NCBI GenBank assembly: GCA_043825875.1
Contig: JBDRRF010000109.1
Location: forward strand, 1 to 64,000
Direction: 5' to 3'
DNA length: 64,000 nucleotides
From: Pseudomonadota bacterium
GTDB lineage: Bacteria > Desulfobacterota > Desulfobacteria > Desulfobacterales > RPRI01
Positions 31,360-41,563 of this stretch are shown here, one piece after another; within the stretch, counting starts at the first letter, position 1, and every line of letters begins with the position of its first letter. Both the position numbers and the translations under genes were made by a program. The notes under the pieces were generated by a model. That model did not search any database and was not told where the DNA came from. It saw nothing but the letters and a program-made list of their open reading frames with translations.

Positions 31360-32601
31360 TCAGGAATGGTATTTTTTTAAAACAAGGACAGCATTAGTGC
31401 CTCCAAAGCCGAAAGAATTTGTCATTACAACATCTATATTTGCATTACGTGCAACATTTGGAACATAATCAAGATCGCATTCTTCGTCCGGATTATCGAG
31501 ATTTATAGTAGGTGGTATTATACTGTTTTTTATTGCGAGCGCCGAAAAAACAGTTTCAACACCTCCTGCAGCTCCCAGAAGATGACCGGTCATCGACTTT
31601 GTTGAACTTACCGGTATTTTATAGGCATGATCTCCAAATACGGTTTTTATCGCTCTTGTTTCATATACATCGTTTAGCTGAGTTGATGTGCCATGTGCGT
31701 TTATATAATCAACTTTGTCAGGTGTAATTCCTGCATCATTTATGGCTGCTTTCATGCATCTTACTGCGCCTTCTCCATCCGGAGGCGGTGATGTCATGTG
31801 ATATCCGTCTCCGGTCATTCCAAATCCGGATACTTCAGCATATATATTTGCTCCTCTTTCAAGAGCACTCGAAAGTGACTCAAGAACAACGATTCCGCTT
31901 CCTTCTCCGACAACAAAACCGTCGCGATCCCGGTCAAATGGACGAGAGGCAAGCTGAGGCTCATTATTTCGGGTTGAAAGAGCTTTCATTGCACCGAAAC
32001 CGGCTACACAGGTCTTTGTTATTACTGATTCAACTCCACCGGTTATCATAGCATCTGCATGTCCGTTTTGGATAAGTCTGAATGATTCACCCACGGCATG
32101 CGTTCCCGCAGCACAGGCAGTTGCAATAGATGCGTTTGGGCCTTTTGCACCGAATATAATCGAAATCATTCCAGGAGCCATATTACCTATCATAAGAGGA
32201 ATGAAAAACGGACTAACACGCCCCGGACCTTTTTTGTCCAAATCGAGGATCGTCTTTTCCATTATGCCGAGTCCTCCGAGCCCGCACCCTGTTATGGTAC
32301 CAACCCTGTCTGAATTAGAGGCATTTATTACAAGGCCGGAATCTTCAATAGCCATACGTGCAGCTGCTACGGCATAGGCGATAAAAGGTTCTGAACGCTG
32401 GGAGTCCTTTTTTGACATGAAATCTTCTGCTGCAAACCCTTTGACTTCTGCTGCTATTTTTGTGTTAAATCCCGTTGTATCAAACCTTGTTATCTCAGAG
32501 ATTCCCGACTTCCCGGCACACAACGCCGACCATGTTTCGTTAACTCCGATTCCAATAGGTGTAACCAATCCAATTCCTGTTATAACAACGCGCCTGCTCA
32601 A
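31360..32601 (-). CDS. fabF: beta-ketoacyl-ACP synthase II
   Basis: TACAAG, HGTST, KSMTGHLLGAAG and NSFGFGG motifs. Confidence 0.96.
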   Translation of the reverse strand: MSRRVVITGIGLVTPIGIGVNETWSALCAGKSGISEITRFDTTGFNTKIAAEVKGFAAEDFMSKKDSQRSEPFIAYAVAAARMAIEDSGLVINASNSDRVGTITGCGLGGLGIMEKTILDLDKKGPGRVSPFFIPLMIGNMAPGMISIIFGAKGPNASIATACAAGTHAVGESFRLIQNGHADAMITGGVESVITKTCVAGFGAMKALSTRNNEPQLASRPFDRDRDGFVVGEGSGIVVLESLSSALERGANIYAEVSGFGMTGDGYHMTSPPPDGEGAVRCMKAAINDAGITPDKVDYINAHGTSTQLNDVYETRAIKTVFGDHAYKIPVSSTKSMTGHLLGAAGGVETVFSALAIKNSIIPPTINLDNPDEECDLDYVPNVARNANIDVVMTNSFGFGGTNAVLVLKKYHS

Positions 32602-32725
32602 AAAATCCTCCTTAAAACCTAATCAAAACAATTAGAATATACGGTCATAAAATACAATCTAAGTAGTTTAATATGGTTATAAATTATTGCATTAATGTTT
32701 ATTCGAAAACACGATACTATTTTTA

Positions 32726-32953
32726 TTAATGTGAGTTTATATAATCGATTACATCTTTAACACTTACAAGCTTTTCAGCAACTTCATCCGAGATATCCGT
32801 TTCAAACTCTTCTTCCATAGACATAATTAATTCAACCAGATCAAGCGAATCGGCACCAAGATCATCAACAAATAAAGCTTCAGGAACAACTTTTTCAATT
32901 TCAACACCTAATTTTTCTGCAATAATTTTTTTAACTTTGTCTTCAACTGACAT
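32726..32953 (-). CDS. acpP: acyl carrier protein
   Basis: [12 protein letters not shown] phosphopantetheine site; upstream of fabF. Confidence 0.97.
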   Translation of the reverse strand: MSVEDKVKKIIAEKLGVEIEKVVPEALFVDDLGADSLDLVELIMSMEEEFETDISDEVAEKLVSVKDVIDYINSH

Positions 32954-33577
32954 TAATTAATTCTCCTTTTATTTTAAGGATTAAAGGTTAGAAGATGAAA
33001 CCGTTTCTTATCTCTATGCAATATCTTAATGTTTGCATTGTAAATCAAATAAGCTATATACATAACATCCTAATTAATATAGAATTTATATTATATAATG
33101 TGCTTATTTGACTTTATATTATTTAGTAATTTAATTAACGATAATTGTCAAGAATTTATTTTATAAAAATCGGCCCACAAATTAAATTTAATAATAATTA
33201 TGATTTCATTTAGATTCAATTAATATATCGATAGTATTTATTTTAATATATTAATATGTTATCACTGTATATAAATGACGTAATACTATAGGTGCTGCTT
33301 CAGAAAATACATATGACGGAGGTTTATATTTAAAACAATAGGATATTGCACCATTCTATTTGGATGAAAGTGATTTACTAATTACTAATCAATGCCGTTG
33401 AATTAAGCATAAAAAGCTAAAACAATTTTTAGAAATCGACGAAGTTTGCACGGATCATGATTTTCCATAAGTGCGCCAAAATCAATTAAAAACCTTACTG
33501 AAATGTTTTTAAATTGGTTCTTTTGTTAATAATTTTCCTGTTTCTATCACAATATTTCAGCAAACTTTTCTATATCA

Positions 33578-33617
33578 CTAAATCTGATGACCAAAAATTA
33601 CATTCACCGAGAATTGC
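33578..33617 (+). repeat. 40-bp dispersed repeat, copy 2
   Basis: 37/40 identical to 24531-24570. Confidence 0.7.
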
Positions 33618-33847
33618 TGGCGTTTCAGTGAGAATATTTACAGCCGGGTGATATAGTATAAAATGACGGCGGTTGATATTTTCCCCTTATCTTTTAAATA
33701 CATGCAAAAACCTAACCGGACATTACTGAGTAAAAATTTGACAAAAACTATATATTCCTTTACAAATTAAACACTTTGCATACAGATTATTTCCGGCATA
33801 AAATAAAAACATATTACCTATATTAATTGTTCGACGTATGGAATAAA

Positions 33848-34291
33848 ATGAAAATCTTGATAATTATAATATCGATCATCGTTGTCTTAATTGTCATTTT
33901 TAAAATGATGGCAAAAAATCATAAAAAGTGGCTTGAACAACAAAGTCCTACTGGGCTTTGGCTTTTTGAGAATGAAGAGAAAAGAATTATACTACACTTT
34001 GAAGAAGGCCCGAAAGAAGGGCCATATAAGCAACTTGTTAAATTAAAAAATGGAACAGAACTTAAAGAATTCGGTCATTGGGCATCAAGCATGAACGAAT
34101 TGAAAATGCTAATTATGGCAACAGATGAAAAAAATAATCCTCGTTTTGGTCAAGATACAATCTTCAATATAAGCTATGTTGGCCCTGATGAAATCAAAAT
34201 TGATGGGCCTGACAAGAACAATATAGTTTATTCGCGTGCTGATGATGGATTCAAATTTGATTTTAATGAAAACATCGAACAAAAAAATTAA
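33848..34291 (+). CDS. hypothetical membrane-anchored protein in a solitary gene cassette
   Basis: N-terminal TM helix; preceded by core GTTCGAC (33829-33835) and overlapping inverse core ATCGAAC of the attC. Confidence 0.7.
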   Translation: MKILIIIISIIVVLIVIFKMMAKNHKKWLEQQSPTGLWLFENEEKRIILHFEEGPKEGPYKQLVKLKNGTELKEFGHWASSMNELKMLIMATDEKNNPRFGQDTIFNISYVGPDEIKIDGPDKNNIVYSRADDGFKFDFNENIEQKN

Positions 34292-34334
34292 GGGCGACGG
34301 CAAAAAGCCGCCGCGCCTTATTTAATCGTTACTT
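34274..34334 (+). other. attC site (61 bp)
   Basis: ATCGAAC-AAAAAAATTAAGGGCGACGGC-AAAAA-GCCGCCGCGCCTTATTTAATC-GTTACTT; aadA-like architecture. Confidence 0.75.
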
Positions 34335-34606
34335 TCTTTCCTTTAGTAATAAACAGTTCCTAAAAAATCCGGTAGTATTTCTTTGTAGCATTTAACCCGA
34401 AGCTATGCACCGGGTTATTAATGGAAGAAACATATGGTGTCAATGGAGGAGACGCTCAGGTGCCATAGCAATATAACCTCCTGAAATTGCATAGTTTCAC
34501 TGGAAATGACGTATTCTTGTTTCTTAGGAGGTGAAGCCAAGTTGCGAATTATAGCAAAGGCAAAGTTTAAGGAAGTTTGTTAATCTCAAAAAGGTAAGCA
34601 GATAAA

Positions 34607-35188
34607 ATGGATATTAATCAAGCAAAAGAAATTATAGGAAAACAATTTGGCTTTATAGCCGAAGATGCAAACGAAGTAATTTTATATTTAAATTTACCCA
34701 AAAATGCAAAAATATTGGATGTCGGAACCGGGAAGGGTTATTTTGCAATATTACTTGCTTTAAATGGTTATAATGTATTGACAGGAGAACCCGAATCCGA
34801 TGATTCAATCTATTCTAAGCAAGATTGGCTTAGTGATGCTAAGAAAACCGGTGTTGATCATTTGATAACATTTCAAGCTTTTGATGCTCAAAATATGTTA
34901 TTTGATGATAGTACTTTTGATGCAATTTTCTTTTTTGGTGTATTACACCATATCCATGAAAAAGATAGAATACAAGTATTGCAAGAATCTGTTCGTACTT
35001 CTAAACCGAATGCAGTTATTTGTTTTTTGGAACCAAATCAGGATGGAATGAAAATGATAAAGGAATTTGATTCTTCACATCCTGTAGCTGCTGATCCGGG
35101 CGAATATGCTAAAAGGCTTAATTTATCGCAAGAAAAAAAGAAAGGGAGATTTTTTGATTCTTTTATTTTTAAAAAAGAGCAGCCTTAA
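34607..35188 (+). CDS. class I SAM-dependent methyltransferase
   Basis: ILDVGTGKG and FDAIF...VLHH motifs. Confidence 0.85.
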   Translation: MDINQAKEIIGKQFGFIAEDANEVILYLNLPKNAKILDVGTGKGYFAILLALNGYNVLTGEPESDDSIYSKQDWLSDAKKTGVDHLITFQAFDAQNMLFDDSTFDAIFFFGVLHHIHEKDRIQVLQESVRTSKPNAVICFLEPNQDGMKMIKEFDSSHPVAADPGEYAKRLNLSQEKKKGRFFDSFIFKKEQP

Positions 35189-35490
35189 CAATTCTTCAAG
35201 GATTATAAGCTGTCGAAAAACGCATCATTTCAATAGCTGACTCATGCTTGTTAATTTAAGAACTATCCTTTACTTGTTTATTGTCTTTCTTGAATGCAAG
35301 ATTTTGATTTAAAACTAAATAAATGCTCAAGCCCGTTCTTGGTTCTTGACTTTTATTCGATATAGTAATAAGTAGAAAACATGTCACTTCCAGCCATTAC
35401 CAAACAATTATAAATTGAATCGGAATATTTTGACAAGCGCTATAACCCGGAGATAAACGATTTAAATCTATGAAGGAGAAAAACTAATTT

Positions 35491-36156
35491 ATGAAACAGT
35501 TATGTTCTATCAAATGCTTAACCGTGTTTATTCTCATATCTTTTATAGGAACTTTTGCATATGGAGATACCATATTGCCAGATCCTATGGAAATGGTCTC
35601 CGGCAGTAAATATTATGGACAAATGACTAAGGCCCAGGCTGCTGAAATAATCGAAAAATGTGCCGGCAAAACGTATGAGGCCCAATCCATTGTAGAAGAA
35701 GATAAATTTTTCATGAGTGTGCCTAAACAAACTTATGCCCATCCTTCAGGAATCAGAACGATCACAAAGTTCAAATGGGCAGATGTAAAATATATTCAAC
35801 TTCTGAAAGACTCCATCAAGCTCACTTATGACAGCACATTTTTTGGACGTAAAACTGAACGATCTTTGGAGTTTGCCCCACATACATATACTCTGGCAGA
35901 TTTGGCCTTGGCCGCCACAACCCTCACAGGACTGCCTTTGAACCGGGAAGAAGCGATTCCGGCTGCCTCCGCTGGAAAAAAGGTGTCATCCGGACAGGGG
36001 AGGGGAGCAATTCAAAATGCTACAGACACAAAAGCAGTTCCTGATCTTGAAGAAAGTCTAATAAAACTTAAATCACTTTATGATAAAGGCCTCATAACCG
36101 AGGCCGTTTATGAATCCAAACAAAAAGAACTTCTTGACAGTATGCTTGGTGAATAA
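35491..36156 (+). CDS. secreted protein with C-terminal SHOCT domain
   Basis: Signal peptide; LIKLKSLYDKGLITEAVYESKQKELL. Confidence 0.75.
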   Translation: MKQLCSIKCLTVFILISFIGTFAYGDTILPDPMEMVSGSKYYGQMTKAQAAEIIEKCAGKTYEAQSIVEEDKFFMSVPKQTYAHPSGIRTITKFKWADVKYIQLLKDSIKLTYDSTFFGRKTERSLEFAPHTYTLADLALAATTLTGLPLNREEAIPAASAGKKVSSGQGRGAIQNATDTKAVPDLEESLIKLKSLYDKGLITEAVYESKQKELLDSMLGE

Positions 36157-36311
36157 GAGAAGAATTGGTGCCAACACTTATATATGTAAGAGTTTAGGCT
36201 CAATTGATAAGCAAAACCTAGCATAAGTAAGGAAGCTAAGACCGTATCAAAGAAATACACTTGCTCAGTTGGTGGGTTATCCCCAATAGAAGAAGCAACA
36301 AACAAACTAAG

Positions 36312-36499
36312 GAGCCACTTTCAAAACGTTTCAGTTTGGTCAAGCTCAAGGCGGGAGAAAATTTCAACCACAGGAATACATTTAGTATTTCGAGGATAGC
36401 GCTAAAGGTTAGCGCTTATGCTTCACTACGTGTCACTTCGTGCGAAATTTGAGCCCAACGCTTAAGATCGGCCAAAATGGGGCGTTTTGAAACTGGCTC
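36312..36499. mobile_element. MITE, copy 2 (188 bp) with 4-bp TAAG target duplication
   Basis: TIRs GAGCCACTTTCAAAACG / CGTTTTGAAACTGGCTC; TAAG at 36308-36311 and 36500-36503; inverted copy of 1-139 plus a 46-nt internal insert. Confidence 0.9.
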
Positions 36500-36616
36500 T
36501 AAGCTCTTATTGCGCTGTGCAGTCTATATTTTACTTTACTTCTTTTCGGCTGCGGGCTTATTGGGATATTTAACGATTTGAAAGACTGACAGCAGTTACG
36601 CACATATTGAGGGCAC

Positions 36617-38791
36617 ATGAAAATTAAAATTATTGCCACCGCAATCGTTATCTTTTCCATTGTGATACTTTCAGTCATTATTATAACCAACCGGAACAAA
36701 CATATCCTGTATTTATCTAATGGGGAAATAATAGAAGTTACCAAAATCTGGGAAGGCTTGGGTGATATCTATTATGAGCAGGAAAACGGATCGCTCAGTA
36801 TATTAAAAGAGGATGAAGTTGACAAAATCGTAAGTACTTCTTTAAACAGTCTCAAAGGCTGGAAAATAGTTCTTACCCGTGAGATAGAATTAAAAAGGGG
36901 AATTTTTGAAATACTATTGGACAAGAATTTATGGATTGGGTGCTTGCTTGCTTTTTGTTTGTATTGTGCGGGTGTATTTGTCGATAAACTCATAACTCGA
37001 ATTAGGAAAAGAAAAAAAGTTAAAACAAAGGATGAAAACGAGCTGATTATAATTACCCCTGGGCCACATGATAGTGAGATGAGAAAGATCATTCTTTATT
37101 TTCTAAGTCTTTACCTGTTGCATATTGGAGCGAAAAAAGATGATAGATTCCAATATAAGCGGTTAAATATCACGGGACATGGAAAAACAGTAGTCTATGA
37201 TCTTAGAATATTTCATGATGACAAGTGGGTATTCAGACGAATGTCATTAGGGCGCATTGGAGAAGATAGCGGGGCCAGAAGCAAATGTTTTTATGTTATT
37301 TATGATGACCATATTGTGATAAAAATTCCACCGGAGCCGATCAAAGATTTTGATCAATACATTAACTGTATTAAAGCAGATAAGCGAATCGCCGACCTGC
37401 TCGCCCCGCGTGAGTGCCTGATCCCAAAGGTGTCTACTGTTCTTAAAAGAATCCCTTCATTTGCAGATGCCATTGGAAGATATGCTAAAGAAAATGAACA
37501 AGTATGTATTGACGGGCTAAACAGGTTTCCCAAGTTTCAACAATATCTCAAAATAGGGGAAAATTTCACCTTTTTTATGGATCTTTCAAAGCATTATTTT
37601 CTGGGGCTTGTTTTAGATGAATTGCATGATGTGTATAATAAATTCTCAAAAGAGTTAAAAGAACATCAGGGCATTATTTGGGATTCCGACTTATTTGAAG
37701 AAAGGTATGGTGAAAAAGCCTCAAACCTCTGCATCAATCTTCAACACGTCTTTAAAGTGTTTGAAAATAAATTTATAAATACTGATATCCAACCCTATCA
37801 AAAAAAAGATTGGTTTTCAGGTTTTCTTTGCACAGGGGAAACCGATTCCAAACAAAAGAATATTCCCAGCGAAGCAGCAGAAATATTAAAGCAGGTAAAA
37901 AATGAACATAAAGACACATTTGCCGAGTATGAAACGGTTATTAAAAATTATGTACAGGAAAAATCATTCCAGCATAATAAAACTCAGATACAATGTATAT
38001 GTACGAATCTTATTGAATTGTTGTCTTGGTTACACATTAAAAAAGTAGCCATGCGCGACCTTAAACCGGATAACCTGATTGTTGTAGGTGATCCCTCAAA
38101 ATATCCCCAATTTTTGAAATCATCAGACGAATTCCACATTGGACTTATAGATGTTGAAACAGCAGCTTATATCAACCCCAAAGAGGGACAAATAGAACAG
38201 CCCAAATTAGGTCTGACCCCAATTTATGCTACACCCTCCCATATGCTGATTAATGAAATTCTAGGGGTTTTATATGCGGATCCCATTCATATTCTGCAAT
38301 TGCAGGACTGGCAGGCAATTGTGGGGATGATTTATAAATCTGTTACTGGCGAACACCTGTTTTACCGGGCAGCCGGAACCATTGGCGCAATTACAAAAGA
38401 AATACCCTGTTATTTTGACGACATTCCCAAATTGGTTGAATTTTCAATGAGTGCAAGCGCAAGGTTCTGGAAAGATGCTTCCAATGAGTTTGTTTTAAAA
38501 ATGCAAAATAAGCAAAAGCTTTTAAAATCAGTTAACTTGGAAATTTGTACGAACGCAGAACAAATGTTCAAAATTGCAGCTGCCAAATCAAGAAATAAAA
38601 ATATCCAAAAGAAGTTGCTGGATATAAAATCCAATATTTCGGCGTATGAATTGCTCGATGGTATGTTTTCTCATTTGCATGAAATGATGTGCAAAAAGTA
38701 TTGGGAGCCTTACGCAAAAATGGAAGAATTGAAAGTTAAAGAAAAGACTTTAACTTTGGCACAATCAAAAGTCTGGGCCCAACGAGTGTAA
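36617..38791 (+). CDS. membrane-anchored protein-kinase-like protein
   Basis: Two hydrophobic N-terminal segments, HIVIKIP, MRDLKPDNL catalytic loop, IDVE and GLTPIYATP. Confidence 0.7.
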   Translation: MKIKIIATAIVIFSIVILSVIIITNRNKHILYLSNGEIIEVTKIWEGLGDIYYEQENGSLSILKEDEVDKIVSTSLNSLKGWKIVLTREIELKRGIFEILLDKNLWIGCLLAFCLYCAGVFVDKLITRIRKRKKVKTKDENELIIITPGPHDSEMRKIILYFLSLYLLHIGAKKDDRFQYKRLNITGHGKTVVYDLRIFHDDKWVFRRMSLGRIGEDSGARSKCFYVIYDDHIVIKIPPEPIKDFDQYINCIKADKRIADLLAPRECLIPKVSTVLKRIPSFADAIGRYAKENEQVCIDGLNRFPKFQQYLKIGENFTFFMDLSKHYFLGLVLDELHDVYNKFSKELKEHQGIIWDSDLFEERYGEKASNLCINLQHVFKVFENKFINTDIQPYQKKDWFSGFLCTGETDSKQKNIPSEAAEILKQVKNEHKDTFAEYETVIKNYVQEKSFQHNKTQIQCICTNLIELLSWLHIKKVAMRDLKPDNLIVVGDPSKYPQFLKSSDEFHIGLIDVETAAYINPKEGQIEQPKLGLTPIYATPSHMLINEILGVLYADPIHILQLQDWQAIVGMIYKSVTGEHLFYRAAGTIGAITKEIPCYFDDIPKLVEFSMSASARFWKDASNEFVLKMQNKQKLLKSVNLEICTNAEQMFKIAAAKSRNKNIQKKLLDIKSNISAYELLDGMFSHLHEMMCKKYWEPYAKMEELKVKEKTLTLAQSKVWAQRV

Positions 38792-38849
38792 GAAGAAAAT
38801 TTGCTTCTTCAACCTTTTCCAACACAAATCAAAAAAGGAGGGTATTGTT

Positions 38850-39332
38850 ATGGTACATTTATTTTCACGTATGATTGTTCTTTGCTTGGCTATTGTTTTT
38901 CTTTCTGTTCCAGCTGCATCGCTTGCACAGGAGGCCGTTGAACTAAGTGTGGATGTTGCCGCTATCTGCACGAGCGTTTCTGCCTTGGAGCCAGTAGGCT
39001 TCGATGAAAGTTTTCCGGCTTCCGTGGGCAAGCTGTTTTGTTTTACCCGGATAGTAGGTAACCAGGTGCCCACCACTATAACCCATGTTTGGTATTACGG
39101 AGAAACAGAGCGGGCCAGGGTAGATTTAACCGTAAAGTCAACAGAATGGCGAACTTATAGTTCAAAAATCATTCAACCCCAAGAAATTGGGTCCTGGCAT
39201 GTGGATGTTCTGGATTCTGCGGGTAATGTGGCAAGGACGATCCAGTTTACAATTACTGCTGACTCTGAGGCAACAGATGCCCAAGTTCCCGATGCCGGGC
39301 AATCCGATGAAACGGGTGGGGAGATAGAGTAA
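38850..39332 (+). CDS. DUF2914-like exported protein
   Basis: Signal peptide; ITHVWY...WRTYSSK...GSWHVDVLD. Confidence 0.8.
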   Translation: MVHLFSRMIVLCLAIVFLSVPAASLAQEAVELSVDVAAICTSVSALEPVGFDESFPASVGKLFCFTRIVGNQVPTTITHVWYYGETERARVDLTVKSTEWRTYSSKIIQPQEIGSWHVDVLDSAGNVARTIQFTITADSEATDAQVPDAGQSDETGGEIE

Positions 39333-39445
39333 GCAAACAGTGAACCTTAAGTCTTGATTGAGAGCGTATGAATAGGCGGGTAAAGAAGTATTTGCCTATT
39401 ATTTTATTTGGCAATCTTATCCGGTTACGGCCCGGTAATTTAAGT

Positions 39446-39514
39446 GAGACGCGCAGTGCGGACCCGCTTGCTGTGTGTCGGGGGCTGGGGGAGAAAAACC
39501 CCCGGCTACCAGAT
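39446..39514 (+). mobile_element. 3' fragment (domains V-VI) of a group IIC intron
   Basis: GAGACGCGCAGTGCGGACCCGCTTGCTGTGTGTC (short IIC-type DV) followed by GGGGGCTGGGGGAGAAAAACCCCCGGCTACCAGAT (DVI, AU end); followed by TCGGGAT, the rest of an attC inverse core. Confidence 0.75.
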
Positions 39515-39521
39515 TCGGGAT

Positions 39522-39887
39522 TCATTTTGTTCTTGGATGTGATTGGCCATCCTCTCCAACGTAGTCTGAAAAGTCGGGCTTACTGGATAAAGTGATTGTG
39601 ACAGCCTTATCCGCAACCAATTTGATTACTTCCATTGCTTGAAGCGGTGGTTCTTCTTGCCCATCTTCTCGGTAGTACCAGGCAGTACCATTGACCTTCT
39701 TCAGTTTCGTGAGCATTTGATCGAGTTCGGAGAGCGTTGTTTCTTTACCGTTTGTCAGGATTCTCCCAGACTTCAGAACGCTGATTTTCAAGCTTGGAGA
39801 TGAGTCCAAAGCCTTATCAGTTGAATCTGATTGTTTTGAACAGGCGATGACTGATAGCATTATCATGAGAAATATTATCTTTTTCAT
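39522..39887 (-). CDS. cassette lipoprotein, ExbD-periplasmic-like
   Basis: Lipobox VIAC; ISVLKSGRILTNGKETTLSEL; core GTTGGGG just upstream of the ATG. Confidence 0.65.
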   Translation of the reverse strand: MKKIIFLMIMLSVIACSKQSDSTDKALDSSPSLKISVLKSGRILTNGKETTLSELDQMLTKLKKVNGTAWYYREDGQEEPPLQAMEVIKLVADKAVTITLSSKPDFSDYVGEDGQSHPRTK

Positions 39888-39894
39888 TCTTTAT

Positions 39895-39954
39895 CCCCAA
39901 CGAAGAGCTGGTAGGGGCAGCGTGGTCTTCGCCGCCCCTACCACCTTGTTATGC
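39895..39954 (-). other. attC site
   Basis: Minus strand GCATAAC-AAGGTGGTAGGGGCGGCG...CGCTGCCCCTACCAGCTCTTC-GTTGGGG. Confidence 0.75.
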
Positions 39955-40058
39955 ATTTTAGATTAATAAGAAATTGCAATCAATAGCATCCGTTTCAGCA
40001 TCGCCGAGTTGGTCCAAACGGCAATTTGCGCCTGTTTGATTATACTTTGCTTTCCTGC

Positions 40059-41123
40059 TTATAAAGCGCCACTCGGTAACGGCATAGTACTTCTGCCCCA
40101 TTCCTTATATGTCCGCATGTTCTTTATCTGAACACAACGACCATCAGGAAACATGAATCGGCCGTTGGTATGCAAGATGTATGTGTAACGCAAGGTAGTT
40201 CCTCCAGCAGTATTGACGCAATATATTCCTCTTGCTCCGGCGGTAAAGTCTATGTCCAAAACTCCTGCTGCCGAACTCATAGAGGCATGCCATCGGATGG
40301 GAACGCGCATGCCCGTCATGCTGTGATCGACAAACCATTCAAGCTCATTCAAAGAGATGTCAGCTTGTGTAAAGGTAATCTCCTTATCTTCTATGAAGAC
40401 ACGGCAAAATCTCATTCCAATACCAGGGTGGTCCCACAAGTAAATTTGGAGATCATCGTTCATGCCCCATAGATAGCTGTAGGGCACAGCCATGTTCTTC
40501 TGGTGGTCCCATTGTTCTCCAAAGACAATTCGATCATGAATGCCATAGCCGTTCTCCAGAACGTATTCTTTTCCTTCGACAGTTATCGAACCTTCTACCC
40601 AACAATGCTGCTCGAACCCTCCCGACATCTTTTTGGGTAAATCATCCCATGCTCCATAGATTCTGGTGGCATTTCCGAGTCCACCTAACGTGAGGTTGCA
40701 CTCAACCCCCATGTGCTCGCCCTTGTACTCCCAGTAAGGAGGGCGATTGATGAACTCGCGGTTTCCCACTTTCCAGGTAACCTTATCGGTTTCCTCTATT
40801 AAATGAAAGTCAGTGCCTTCCCATTCTCTGGGGTCCTGGCGGTTGCCGATGCACACGGTTTCCTCCAGCTTGCCCCATTTGTCATGTGGCTGCATCATAA
40901 AACTGGTCTGGAGAATCGGTGCTTCATCAACCATCCATTTGCCCTTCTTCCCCCCACCAACACGCCAAACTATGAGCACCAGGCAAAGTTCGTTGCCTTG
41001 GGATTCACCCATGACCATCATGCCGGTGAAATCAAAGTAGTCCGAACCCTTAGGCAGTTGGTCTATTTTGGGCATCTCTTCGGACAGTTGCACATCGCTT
41101 ACTGCTTTTCTATTCTTGTTCAC
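40059..41123 (-). CDS. hypothetical Trp-rich beta protein (AttH/tocopherol-cyclase-like fold possible)
   Basis: Long ORF; GTG start after GAGGAGG; WVEGSITVEG, GIHDR and RVPIRWH motifs; visibly more GC-rich than its flanks. Confidence 0.55.
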   Translation of the reverse strand: MNKNRKAVSDVQLSEEMPKIDQLPKGSDYFDFTGMMVMGESQGNELCLVLIVWRVGGGKKGKWMVDEAPILQTSFMMQPHDKWGKLEETVCIGNRQDPREWEGTDFHLIEETDKVTWKVGNREFINRPPYWEYKGEHMGVECNLTLGGLGNATRIYGAWDDLPKKMSGGFEQHCWVEGSITVEGKEYVLENGYGIHDRIVFGEQWDHQKNMAVPYSYLWGMNDDLQIYLWDHPGIGMRFCRVFIEDKEITFTQADISLNELEWFVDHSMTGMRVPIRWHASMSSAAGVLDIDFTAGARGIYCVNTAGGTTLRYTYILHTNGRFMFPDGRCVQIKNMRTYKEWGRSTMPLPSGAL

Positions 41124-41411
41124 GGTTATCCCTCCTCTTAATTTAGGACCCTTGGGTCGGTAATTTGGACATTGACACAATGAGACCAAACACATTTATG
41201 CGATGACTATCGGCGCTTCGATCTATTTTAAAAAATTCCGCTCAGGTGCGACTTCCCTAATTTAATATTCAGCTACTGGTGAGCATGTCTACGGTTGCTG
41301 CTTCATACCTACAACCGAGATTTACCTCCAATGAAAACAAATTTGTTAATCAGATTATTCGAATTGGATAGCAAGTTTTCGCCTAAATTTTCCCGGCCAG
41401 TTTCTGGCAAG

Positions 41412-41542
41412 AAATAACGATTAAATTGAGGGGGCAGGAAACTCACACCGAAGAAAGTATATGAAGCCATTATATTAAGCTGCCAGATGCCTTTGAAAAA
41501 AGTCGCAGCCTTTCCCGTTCCCTCTCAAATGATTTGTTAGCA
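41412..41542 (-). other. attC site (131 bp)
   Basis: Plus strand AAATAAC-GATTAA-ATTGAGGGGGC...CCCTCTCAAAT-GATTT-GTTAGCA (bottom-strand pattern). Confidence 0.75.
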
Positions 41543-41563
41543 TTAAAATATCAATTCTATTCG

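Noticed and set aside
1702..32635. Numerous short antisense or overlapping ORFs in the six-frame track
   Set aside because: These are shadow ORFs of long, well-conserved genes, with no motifs or RBS support.
32960..33800. Very AT-rich gap as an origin or CRISPR leader
   Set aside because: No DnaA-box cluster, iterons or repeat-spacer array seen; likely the acpP promoter region plus decayed DNA.
34390..34585. Structured leader or tiny ORF MRIIAKAKFKEVC (HigB-like start) before the methyltransferase
   Set aside because: Hairpins are present, but no riboswitch consensus is met and 13 codons are too few to assign.
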